From contig JBEKOT010000003.1 in the NCBI GenBank assembly GCA_049521495.1, positions 1 to 58,490 on the forward strand: a stretch of 58,490 nucleotides of DNA, in the 5' to 3' direction. The position numbers were made by a program, and so were the translations under genes. Every line of letters begins with the position of its first letter. Position 1 is the first letter of the stretch. Positions 1 to 6,887 of this stretch are shown here, in pieces. The stretch is from Syntrophorhabdales bacterium (lineage in GTDB: Bacteria > Desulfobacterota > Syntrophorhabdia > Syntrophorhabdales > WCHB1-27). Under the pieces are notes generated by a model. The model saw only the letters and a program-made list of their open reading frames with translations. It ran no database searches and was not told the DNA's origin.

Positions 1-138
1 GAGCTGGGCAGCATAGACATTTCGCCGGCTTATGTGTTGGTGATGCTGGTCAGCGTAGGCGCTCTTTTGTACCTCGGGATCTTCCCTCGCGATTTCCTGC
101 TCATCGCGCAAAAATCCGTATCCATCTTCGCTCGATAG
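1..138 (+). CDS. nuoN: C-terminal fragment of NADH-quinone oxidoreductase subunit N (truncated by window edge)
   Basis: Frame 1 reads ELGSIDISPAYVLVMLVSVGALLYLGIFPRDFLLIAQKSVSIFAR* (TAG 136-138); final TM helix ending in LGIFP is typical of NuoN C-termini. Confidence 0.6.
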   Translation, partial: ELGSIDISPAYVLVMLVSVGALLYLGIFPRDFLLIAQKSVSIFAR

Positions 139-325
139 CTTGCCCTTGGGTCCCAGTAGCCTCCGGGTGACGACAATCTTTACGGGCCCCGCCTCTGCAC
201 GCATGCAGCCTAATCCTTGCATTTTTCTCCAAGGAAGATGCTGCCGGCCCTCTATGGGTGTCCTTCTCCTTTACATCTAAAGCGGGCACAAGCGGAAATA
301 ATCAATAATATCAATCGGCTCAGTA

Positions 326-341
326 TGGCACGTCCCTTGCT
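326..341 (+). promoter_or_regulatory. sigma-54 (-24/-12) promoter upstream of the C39 peptidase
   Basis: TGGCACGTCCCTTGCT matches the TGGCACG-N4-TTGCW consensus exactly; AT-rich tract just upstream (296-315). Confidence 0.8.
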
Positions 342-506
342 TCGCGACATGTGAGTCCTCTCTTTCGAAGGCGGGTGGGACCGGAGCATGCCGAGAACGG
401 TTAATCTCCCCTTTCCCTTTTCGCCCTTGTGCAAGCGATGTAAGGCCCTCCCCTGCCCCGTGAGCCATTTGGACTCGCAACGAAAAAACAATGGAAAGGA
501 GGCCGC

Positions 507-1226
507 GTGAAGGCAATCGTGAGGGCAACCGTATTTGCAGCCCTGGGTCTTTTTGCGGGGATGTCCGCCCTTGCAGGCAGCGATACGGAGTGCAGGATGA
601 ATATTTCCGTTGGCAGCGGACCCTTCGGGGCGCTCAACATGAGGCCGAAGGTCAAGCCCGCTTCTGTATTCAAGGACCGGAACATCATCAAGCAGACCTA
701 CGACTACAGCTGCGGGGCCGCATCCACGGCAACCCTTTTCAACTATTACCTCGGCGATCCGGTCACGGAGGCGAAGGTCATCAACGATATGTTCAAGGCC
801 GGCAACGTGGACAAAATCATCGAGCGGAAAGGGTTTTCCCTCCTGGATATAAAGAAATTTGCCGAATACATGGGCTACAATGCGGTGGGGTACAAGACCG
901 ACATGGAGGGCCTGATCTCACTCAACAAGCCCTCGATCGTTGCGGTGTTGATCCGCGAATACAAGCATTTCGTCATATTCAAGGGCATCGAGAAAGGGAG
1001 GGTCTTTTTGGCCGACCCGGCCCTCGGCAACACGACGGTCAGCCCGAGGGAATTCGAGCGGATGTGGTACGGCCATATAGCCCTCGTGATAGAGCCGAGG
1101 GAAGGAGAAGTAAAGGACGGCCTGAAGATAAGGGAGGATGAGAGGATCTTCGTCGGCTCCGCCGACTTGAGAAGGGCTTTATTCTACAACTCGATTCTAT
1201 TCAGCAAAGGGCCGAACGAATTCTAG
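507..1226 (+). CDS. Secreted stand-alone C39 family cysteine peptidase (FapD-like)
   Basis: Signal peptide MKAIVRATVFAALGLFAGMSALA; QTYDYSCGAAS catalytic Cys motif, HFVIFKG His, ADPALG Asp; GGAGG RBS before GTG; no ABC-transporter domain. Confidence 0.88.
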   Translation: MKAIVRATVFAALGLFAGMSALAGSDTECRMNISVGSGPFGALNMRPKVKPASVFKDRNIIKQTYDYSCGAASTATLFNYYLGDPVTEAKVINDMFKAGNVDKIIERKGFSLLDIKKFAEYMGYNAVGYKTDMEGLISLNKPSIVAVLIREYKHFVIFKGIEKGRVFLADPALGNTTVSPREFERMWYGHIALVIEPREGEVKDGLKIREDERIFVGSADLRRALFYNSILFSKGPNEF

Positions 1227-1369
1227 AGCGGACCCCGAGGAGAGAGGCCATCGAGAGGGTGCCTGGCGACGGGGCGCGATCGGTCTTATACTCCATGAAT
1301 GACCGCCTCGTTCGGGTGGCCGGGCATTAGCCGAGAACGGGCGGCGCAAAACACAAAAAGGGAGTGTTT

Positions 1370-1780
1370 ATGGTGAAGTATGCAGTACCGGTCGTGATGC
1401 TTTCGCTCATCGCCTTCGCATGCGGCGTCGCTGGAGCAAGCGATCCGCACATGATGACGAAGGAGCAGCTTCTTCCCCTTTTGGGTAAGTCCGATGTAAT
1501 CGTCATAGACGTGCGCACGAACTATGACTGGGACAAGAGTAAAGTGAAGATCAAAGGGGCCCTGAGGGAAGAGGGAATGAAGTTCGCATCCTGGATGAAC
1601 AAGTACCCAAGGGAAAAAACCCTCGTCCTCTACTGCGCCTGAGTGAATGATTCAACGAGTGTCAGTTTGACACAGGCATATCTAAAAGCCGGCTACAGCA
1701 AAGTCTATTATCTGAAGGGGGGCCTGAAGGGCGCCTGGGATGATTGGGTCAAGGCGGGGTATCCCACCGAGCCCAAATAG
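1370..1780 (+). CDS. Rhodanese-like selenoprotein (in-frame UGA at 1640-1642 read as Sec)
   Basis: The ORF track stops at LVLYCA-TGA, but the frame continues VNDSTSVSLTQAYLKAGYSKVYYLKGGLKGAWDDWVKAGYPTEPK-TAG (1778-1780), which completes the rhodanese fold (IDVR, YC, LKGG...W...GYP); N-terminal signal peptide. Confidence 0.88.
1659..1673 (+). promoter_or_regulatory. Putative bacterial SECIS hairpin
   Basis: GTGTCA-GTT-TGACAC stem-loop starting 16 nt after the UGA; apical loop starts with G as in the bacterial SECIS consensus. Confidence 0.7.
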
Positions 1781-1855
1781 CCTCCCGCGGCCCGCATGCG
1801 CCTTTACAGGACAGCCGCCCTTCATCCGAAGCTAGGGGCAACCCGTGCCTGCCCC

Positions 1856-2383
1856 CTACCAGATGAGATTCAACCTGCTGCTCCATTTGTCAGGCAGCCT
1901 GCGCCCGAGGGAAACCCAATGGCGGCTCCGGCGGGTCGAGAAAAGTACCGTCACCGCCAGCAGGAAGACTGCCGGGTCGAGGTAGATGCTCCACGAGGCC
2001 ATGGTGGAGCCGACCGCCCCGAAACAGCCGCATTCCACGTCCGTTCCCCGGGAGAGAAGGATGACTTTGGTAATGAAGAAAGAGGTGCTCAATAAGGCGA
2101 TGCCGAGGGCCGACAGACGGGTCAGCACGCCCGCCAGCAGACCGACCGCGCAGGCGAGCTCGATGAATGGGAGAGCCCACCCAAAGCCGATCGCCAAGGG
2201 TCCCGGCAGTATGTCGAAATTGTAGACCATGGCGACCGAGTAGTGCTCTATATCCACCATCTTTCCCAGGGAGGAAACGAGAAAGGTCACTCCCAGAACC
2301 AGGCGGAAGACGAGGATCGCGAATCGGTTTTCCAAGAGCCTGTTCTGAATGATGCCGCTCGCAACGCCGGCCCGCTGTTCCAT
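1856..2383 (-). CDS. MauE/DoxX family membrane protein
   Basis: Four hydrophobic segments; RLVLGVTF...GK, LPFIELACA and ECGCFG motifs typical of MauE-like proteins. Confidence 0.85.
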   Translation of the reverse strand: MEQRAGVASGIIQNRLLENRFAILVFRLVLGVTFLVSSLGKMVDIEHYSVAMVYNFDILPGPLAIGFGWALPFIELACAVGLLAGVLTRLSALGIALLSTSFFITKVILLSRGTDVECGCFGAVGSTMASWSIYLDPAVFLLAVTVLFSTRRSRHWVSLGRRLPDKWSSRLNLIW

Positions 2384-2405
2384 TACGAGTTACCTCCCAT
2401 GAGAA

Positions 2406-2530
2406 GTGAAGCTCCCCGGCCACAGGCCGGGGCTTCCCGGATAGGAATGAAGAACAATTTATTGCGCCGACCCGCTACGCGGGTGCCCGCCCCGTCCACA
2501 GGACGGGGCTTACGGAGCGCCTCCGGTCAA
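2406..2530 (+). mobile_element. Non-autonomous IS200/IS605-like palindromic element (PATE/MITE-like)
   Basis: Two related GC-rich hairpins with an ACA loop (CCCCGGCC-ACA-GGCCGGGG 2414-2432; GCCCCGTCC-ACA-GGACGGGGC 2489-2509), an internal hairpin ACCCGC-TAC-GCGGGT (2470-2484), ending in TCAA (2527-2530); no transposase ORF. Confidence 0.5.
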
Positions 2531-2616
2531 AGCAGTGCGGAAAGAGCGCTGCCTCCCCCATCGTTGTCTGATTAGTATAAGGCCTCCGGCAGGATATTTC
2601 AGGGTCTGGCAGACAT

Positions 2617-2738
2617 GGCCGCGGATTACCTCACGGTCGCTACGCGGGTATGACAGCCGGTCATCCGATAAAGGCGTGCGTTGGCGGGTCTGGGGTGGGC
2701 CGCGGATTACCTCACGGTCGCTACGCGGGTATGACAGC
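2617..2738 (+). repeat. Two identical 41-bp direct repeats (2617-2657, 2698-2738), REP-like
   Basis: GGCCGCGGATTACCTCACGGTCGCTACGCGGGTATGACAGC twice with 40 nt between; flanking GGGTCTGG and GCGTGCGTTRGCGGG are also duplicated. Confidence 0.85.
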
Positions 2739-2773
2739 GTGCGTTAGCGGGTAGAGGGTGATAGAATACTGCT

Positions 2774-4045
2774 GTGAGGGTGCTTCTCATCTCGTCCAAC
2801 CGGTCCGAAATCTACATGCGCACTATACCCCTGGGCCTGGGCTGTGTGGCTTCGGCCCTGAGGCAGGCCGGCCATGAAGTGCAAATCCTTGATTTGATGG
2901 GAATCGCGGATGTATCGAAAAGCCTCTCCGGGGCGGTCCGGCAGTTGAGACCGGATGCTGTCGGCATATCGCTCAGGAACATCGACGATCAGAACATGCG
3001 GTCCCCCCGTCTGTTCCTGGGGGAAGCAAAGGAGATCATAGAACAGGTAAGGTGTCTCTCGCCCGCCCCGATCATACTCGGCGGCGCCGGTTACAGCATT
3101 TTTCCCGAAGCGGCGCTGGAGCGCTCCGGCGCCGACATGGGCGTTTGCGGAGAGGGCGAGGAGACCTTTAGGCTGGTCCTTGAAAGGATGGAGAGGAAGG
3201 AACCCCTTGCAGGACTGCCCGGGCTTTACTTGAAGGGGAAGGGGCTTCAAGGGGCCCGGGTTTTCGTGAAAGACCTCGATCGCCTTCCCCTTCCCGGCTC
3301 CGACATCCTGAGCCTGGCTCAAGGTGAAGCCACCCTTCCCGTCCAGACCCGGCGGGGCTGCCCTTTGGGATGTATCTACTGTTCCACGGCGTCAATCGAA
3401 GGCAGAGCGGTACGCAGAAGGTCCCCGAAAAAGGTTGTGGAATGGATCGCCCGGTGGGCCGAAGAGGACGTACGCCAGCTCTACCTCGTCGATAATACCT
3501 TCAACCTGCCGCCATCTTACGCTAAAGACCTCTGTCGCGAGCTGGCTGATGCGTCTTGCGGGGTCTCATGGAGATCCATCGTATATCCCTTCGGGATGGA
3601 CGAGGACCTGGCCGCCCTAATGGCCGAGGCCGGCTGCGTGGAAGCGTCGCTCGGGTTCGAAAGCGGATGCGAACGGATTCTCAAGATTTCGAAGAAGCGC
3701 TTCCGACCCCCCGACGTCGCACGTGCCCGCGCCCTTCTCGGCAGGTCCGGCATCAGGTGCATGGGGTTCCTTCTTCTCGGCGGACCGGGAGAGACGCGGG
3801 ACTCCGTAAAGGAGAGCCTTGCCTTCGCAGATTCCCTTGACCTGGATGCCTTGAAAATAACGATAGGCCTTCGCATCTATCCCCAGACCCCCCTGGCCCT
3901 GCAAGCGGTAAAGGAAGGGGTCGTCGAGGCCGGGGACGATCTTCTGTTCCCGCGGTTCTACATGGCGGCAGGGCTCGAAAACTGGGTCAGGGAGACCGTA
4001 TACTCATACGCCGAGGGCAGGCCGAACTGGATCGTCGATAGATAA
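2774..4045 (+). CDS. B12-binding radical SAM protein
   Basis: N-terminal cobalamin-binding domain (PLGLGCVASAL, IILGGAG, GEGE); TRRGCPLGCIYC CxxxCxxC; VDNTFN; GFESG; GGPGET. Confidence 0.92.
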   Translation: MRVLLISSNRSEIYMRTIPLGLGCVASALRQAGHEVQILDLMGIADVSKSLSGAVRQLRPDAVGISLRNIDDQNMRSPRLFLGEAKEIIEQVRCLSPAPIILGGAGYSIFPEAALERSGADMGVCGEGEETFRLVLERMERKEPLAGLPGLYLKGKGLQGARVFVKDLDRLPLPGSDILSLAQGEATLPVQTRRGCPLGCIYCSTASIEGRAVRRRSPKKVVEWIARWAEEDVRQLYLVDNTFNLPPSYAKDLCRELADASCGVSWRSIVYPFGMDEDLAALMAEAGCVEASLGFESGCERILKISKKRFRPPDVARARALLGRSGIRCMGFLLLGGPGETRDSVKESLAFADSLDLDALKITIGLRIYPQTPLALQAVKEGVVEAGDDLLFPRFYMAAGLENWVRETVYSYAEGRPNWIVDR

Positions 4046-4189
4046 AGCACCGCCCACTCTTAATGGCAGGGACGGCAGGAGGGTATTATATTCTTTCGGA
4101 GCCGAAGACGGACAAGGCGTTTCATGGAGGCCCGGGAGGCGGGAGGTTCACCGGAGAAGAGGCGGGATAACATAAAGGAGGTTTGCACC

Positions 4190-4387
4190 ATGTTCAAAGT
4201 CAGGACGTTCATGTCGCCCCTCAAGATATTTCATACGATGGAGGAACTGTCATCCCTGGACGACGAGGTGAACGCCTTCGTCGCAGAGGGAGGGATGAAG
4301 AGGATAGTCTCCGCCAGCGACAGTTGCACGACTGACGACACGGGGGCGACAATCGGGATTATAAGGGTGATTGCCTACGAGACCTGA
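4190..4387 (+). CDS. Small hypothetical protein (65 aa)
   Basis: Strong RBS AAGGAGG before ATG 4190; MFKVRTFMSPLKIFHTMEELSSLDDEVNAFV...IIRVIAYET looks like a compact globular protein. Confidence 0.75.
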   Translation: MFKVRTFMSPLKIFHTMEELSSLDDEVNAFVAEGGMKRIVSASDSCTTDDTGATIGIIRVIAYET

Positions 4388-4402
4388 AGAAACCCTGCGA
4401 CC

Positions 4403-4600
4403 CTACTGTTTGGGAAAGCAGATGTCCGCGCCTTCGGGCACGTCGCAATAGGGGGTCGGCTGCCCTACCTCGGTCTTTGATCCTTCCTCGCCGCCTCTCA
4501 TCCTGCAGACCTTCGACATAAGGAATGCTGCCCCCATTCCCACCGCGCCACCCAGGAGAAAGGTCACGAGAGCCCTACACGTATTCGCATGCCTTTCCAT
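4403..4600 (-). CDS. Small membrane-anchored protein, YtxH-like N-terminus
   Basis: RBS GAGGAGG; FLLGGAVGMGAAFLM hydrophobic Gly-rich segment; C-terminal YCDVPEGADICF. Confidence 0.65.
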   Translation of the reverse strand: MERHANTCRALVTFLLGGAVGMGAAFLMSKVCRMRGGEEGSKTEVGQPTPYCDVPEGADICFPKQ

Positions 4601-4799
4601 GACTGCCACCTCCTCTTTCTTCCTTAATTTAAGACCGGGACGGCACCATTGCAATCAAAGACGCGAGCCTGACCTTGCCCGGTTACGAGGCAGGGTCAAG
4701 CCGACCTGCCAGTCCGAGAGAGGGTTGCTGAAAGGCAGGGTTTGTGGCCCCACCTTTCAGCATAGAGGGAAATGGGGAGGGGACATGGCCGAAGCCATG

Positions 4800-5477
4800 T
4801 CAAGCTGGAGCTTTTTCAGTAGACAGCTCGGCGCCGGTCGCCATGGCGCGAAGGTCATCGATCCTATTCATCCAGCCCTTCAAGTATCTACCGTACCGCT
4901 CGGGCTTCAGCTCGCTGAGACGCACGTACCGCTCAGACCGGAATCTTAGGTACGCCTCAGTATCGCCGCCCGAGGACCGGAGTATCTTCCGCGCCGCCGC
5001 CGGACTGTTCATATACGTATCGAAATGGACGATGGCGAGCCGGGGCGGCAAGGCCTCTGCGCCCGATTCCGCCCACAACTTCCTGTACGCCGCCGCTGCC
5101 TCCGCCTGCGACATATTTTTGACACTGCCCGTATAGCCCAGGCGCTCGGCCGTGGCCTGGAGTATCCCGTACCTGGACGATTCTCTTCCCCCGTCAACTC
5201 TCACGTAGGCCATACCCTCGTGACCGAGGACAAAGCGGAAGGCCTCGCTCATCGTGCCTTCCCCGGCGGTATCGACTTCCGGTGGGGTCGGGGTATATGC
5301 CGCTCCCGGCGCGGATTGCGGACCTGCCTGCAATGGGGCCTTATCGCCGGTCCGCTCGATGCACCGAGCCAGGAGGTCGAGAAACTTGCCCGCGCCGTAA
5401 GGAGCGACTATGGGCATCCTCTCCGTTACCGTCCCGTCCTCGTCGGCAAAAGGGGAGAAACCTGAGAAGGTTATCAT
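4800..5477 (-). CDS. Glycoside hydrolase family 108 (lysozyme-like) protein
   Basis: FVLGHEGMAYV.DGG.ESSRYGI resembles the GH108 EGGY...D.GG.T.YGI motif; HFDTYMNS; C-terminal YLKGWMNRI peptidoglycan-binding-type motif. Confidence 0.75.
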   Translation of the reverse strand: MITFSGFSPFADEDGTVTERMPIVAPYGAGKFLDLLARCIERTGDKAPLQAGPQSAPGAAYTPTPPEVDTAGEGTMSEAFRFVLGHEGMAYVRVDGGRESSRYGILQATAERLGYTGSVKNMSQAEAAAAYRKLWAESGAEALPPRLAIVHFDTYMNSPAAARKILRSSGGDTEAYLRFRSERYVRLSELKPERYGRYLKGWMNRIDDLRAMATGAELSTEKAPA

Positions 5478-5516
5478 GATTCCGTATCCGGGATTATCAT
5501 CTTCGGAGGGTATGTT

Positions 5517-5532
5517 TGCAATGACTGTGCCA
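5517..5532 (-). promoter_or_regulatory. sigma-54 promoter of the GH108 gene
   Basis: Minus strand TGGCACAGTCATTGCA fits TGGCAC-N5-TTGCA, 40 nt upstream of the start codon. Confidence 0.75.
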
Positions 5533-5712
5533 GAAATGGCAATAAGCCCTCCGGGACCCTTTCGCGGGCAGTCATGGGTGACAAAATAAAGGCCCTATAA
5601 TTTCCCGGCCGGTCTTGGACCGTCCCTCATGAATAGGAAGCTTGCGGGGGATATGACGCACCAGTCAAGAAACGGACGGCTCTCAGGACTTCTGGTGGGC
5701 TGCAGAAAACCT

Positions 5713-5741
5713 TTGGCCGGCCGCCCGGTTTCTGGTATAAT
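5713..5741 (+). promoter_or_regulatory. sigma-70 promoter (extended -10)
   Basis: TTGGCC-N17-TATAAT with a TGn extension. Confidence 0.55.
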
Positions 5742-5800
5742 ATAAACTAGTCTCTACTTTGGTATCGCCAATGCCCCACGAATGGACAAGGAGTCCCGTT

Positions 5801-6748
5801 ATGCCGACGAAAGACCGGTTCAGCCTGTCAGCATGGATAGAGGAGTCCGTCAGGGACTTTGCAAAATCGCCGGAGAATACGCTCCGCGATAAAGATAACG
5901 AGCCTGCCTTCGAAATGCCCATCGTCGGTTTTTCGAGTGGAGTCGACCCTGTCTACGCTGACTTAAAGGGTCTTATAGGACCTTTTTTCTGGACCCCGTT
6001 GGAAATCTTCAGCCTGACCTTTCCCGACCTCTGGATAACAGCCGACCAGCTCACAGTGATCGCCTGGGTATTGCCGATGACGAGGGCGACGAAGGCGGAC
6101 AACAGGAAGGAGAAGGCCTATGCGTCGGAGCGCTGGTACCGGGCAAGAAGGTTCGGGGAGGAGTTCAATACGAAGCTCCGCATTTACCTTGCAGCCAGGC
6201 TGAATGATGCGGGATACCAGGCCGTGGCGCCCCAGGCTTCTCCCTTGTGGGCAATGAAGGTCTCGGAGCGATACGGCATTTCCTCCACCTGGTCCGAGAG
6301 GCACGCGGCCTACGTGTCGGGCCTCGGCACCTTCGGTCTCTGCGACGGGCTGATCACGCCCGTGGGCAAGGCCATGCGCTGCGGGTCCGTCGTCGCGCGC
6401 CTTTCCATCCCGTCCACGCCGCGACCCTACAACGACCCTCACGCATACTGCCTTTTCTTTTCCCAGGGCGGCTGCGGCAAGTGCATAGGGCGCTGCCCGG
6501 TCGGCGCCATCACCGAGAAAGGGCATGACAAGGTGAAGTGCAAGGAATACCTTGAAAAGGTCCAGGTTACCCATGCAAGGGAGACATACGGCCTGGAGGC
6601 CTATGGGTGCGGCCTGTGCCAGACAAAGGTCCCCTGCGAGTCCCGGATACCGTCGACAAAGGCTAAAGATGAGCAGGCAGGCGAAGCGCTCCTGTCCTCT
6701 CGAAAACCGTCCAGCCCCTCAGGTGCGTCGTTTCCGGCAGCATCTTGA
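5801..6748 (+). CDS. QueG/reductive-dehalogenase-like 4Fe-4S protein (epoxyqueuosine reductase family-like)
   Basis: SERHAAYVSGLGTFG, CGKCIGRCPVGAI, KCKEY, CGLCQTKVPC; RBS AGGAG before ATG 5801. Confidence 0.8.
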   Translation: MPTKDRFSLSAWIEESVRDFAKSPENTLRDKDNEPAFEMPIVGFSSGVDPVYADLKGLIGPFFWTPLEIFSLTFPDLWITADQLTVIAWVLPMTRATKADNRKEKAYASERWYRARRFGEEFNTKLRIYLAARLNDAGYQAVAPQASPLWAMKVSERYGISSTWSERHAAYVSGLGTFGLCDGLITPVGKAMRCGSVVARLSIPSTPRPYNDPHAYCLFFSQGGCGKCIGRCPVGAITEKGHDKVKCKEYLEKVQVTHARETYGLEAYGCGLCQTKVPCESRIPSTKAKDEQAGEALLSSRKPSSPSGASFPAAS

Positions 6749-6887
6749 TCGTCCCGGCCAGCCTCAAGGCTCCATTGACAGAAACCGTAAAAGACGCTAA
6801 AAAAACATTGGGAAAAAACATCGCGCGGAATTTGGGGGCCTGTCCGGGGGAAGGTCCGCCGCCATTTTTTACGAAGGGACAACGCTG

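Noticed and set aside
139-500. tRNA or other RNA gene in the intergenic regions (also 16270-16527, 57550-57700, 58170-58490)
   Set aside because: No cloverleaf, T-loop GTTCRA in context or CCA end found by eye
1364-1642. Truncated rhodanese pseudogene
   Set aside because: The stop is a UGA in the active-site loop with intact downstream coding and a SECIS-like hairpin; Sec recoding explains it better
2617-2738. Two 41-bp repeats with a 40-nt spacer as a mini CRISPR array
   Set aside because: Only two copies, flanking sequence is also partly duplicated, no cas genes or AT-rich leader, and the repeat looks REP-like
4670-4698. 10-bp hairpin as an intrinsic terminator
   Set aside because: No U-tract on either strand; function cannot be assigned
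4800-5477. Prophage remnant around the GH108 gene
   Set aside because: No holin, integrase, structural genes or att-like repeats nearby
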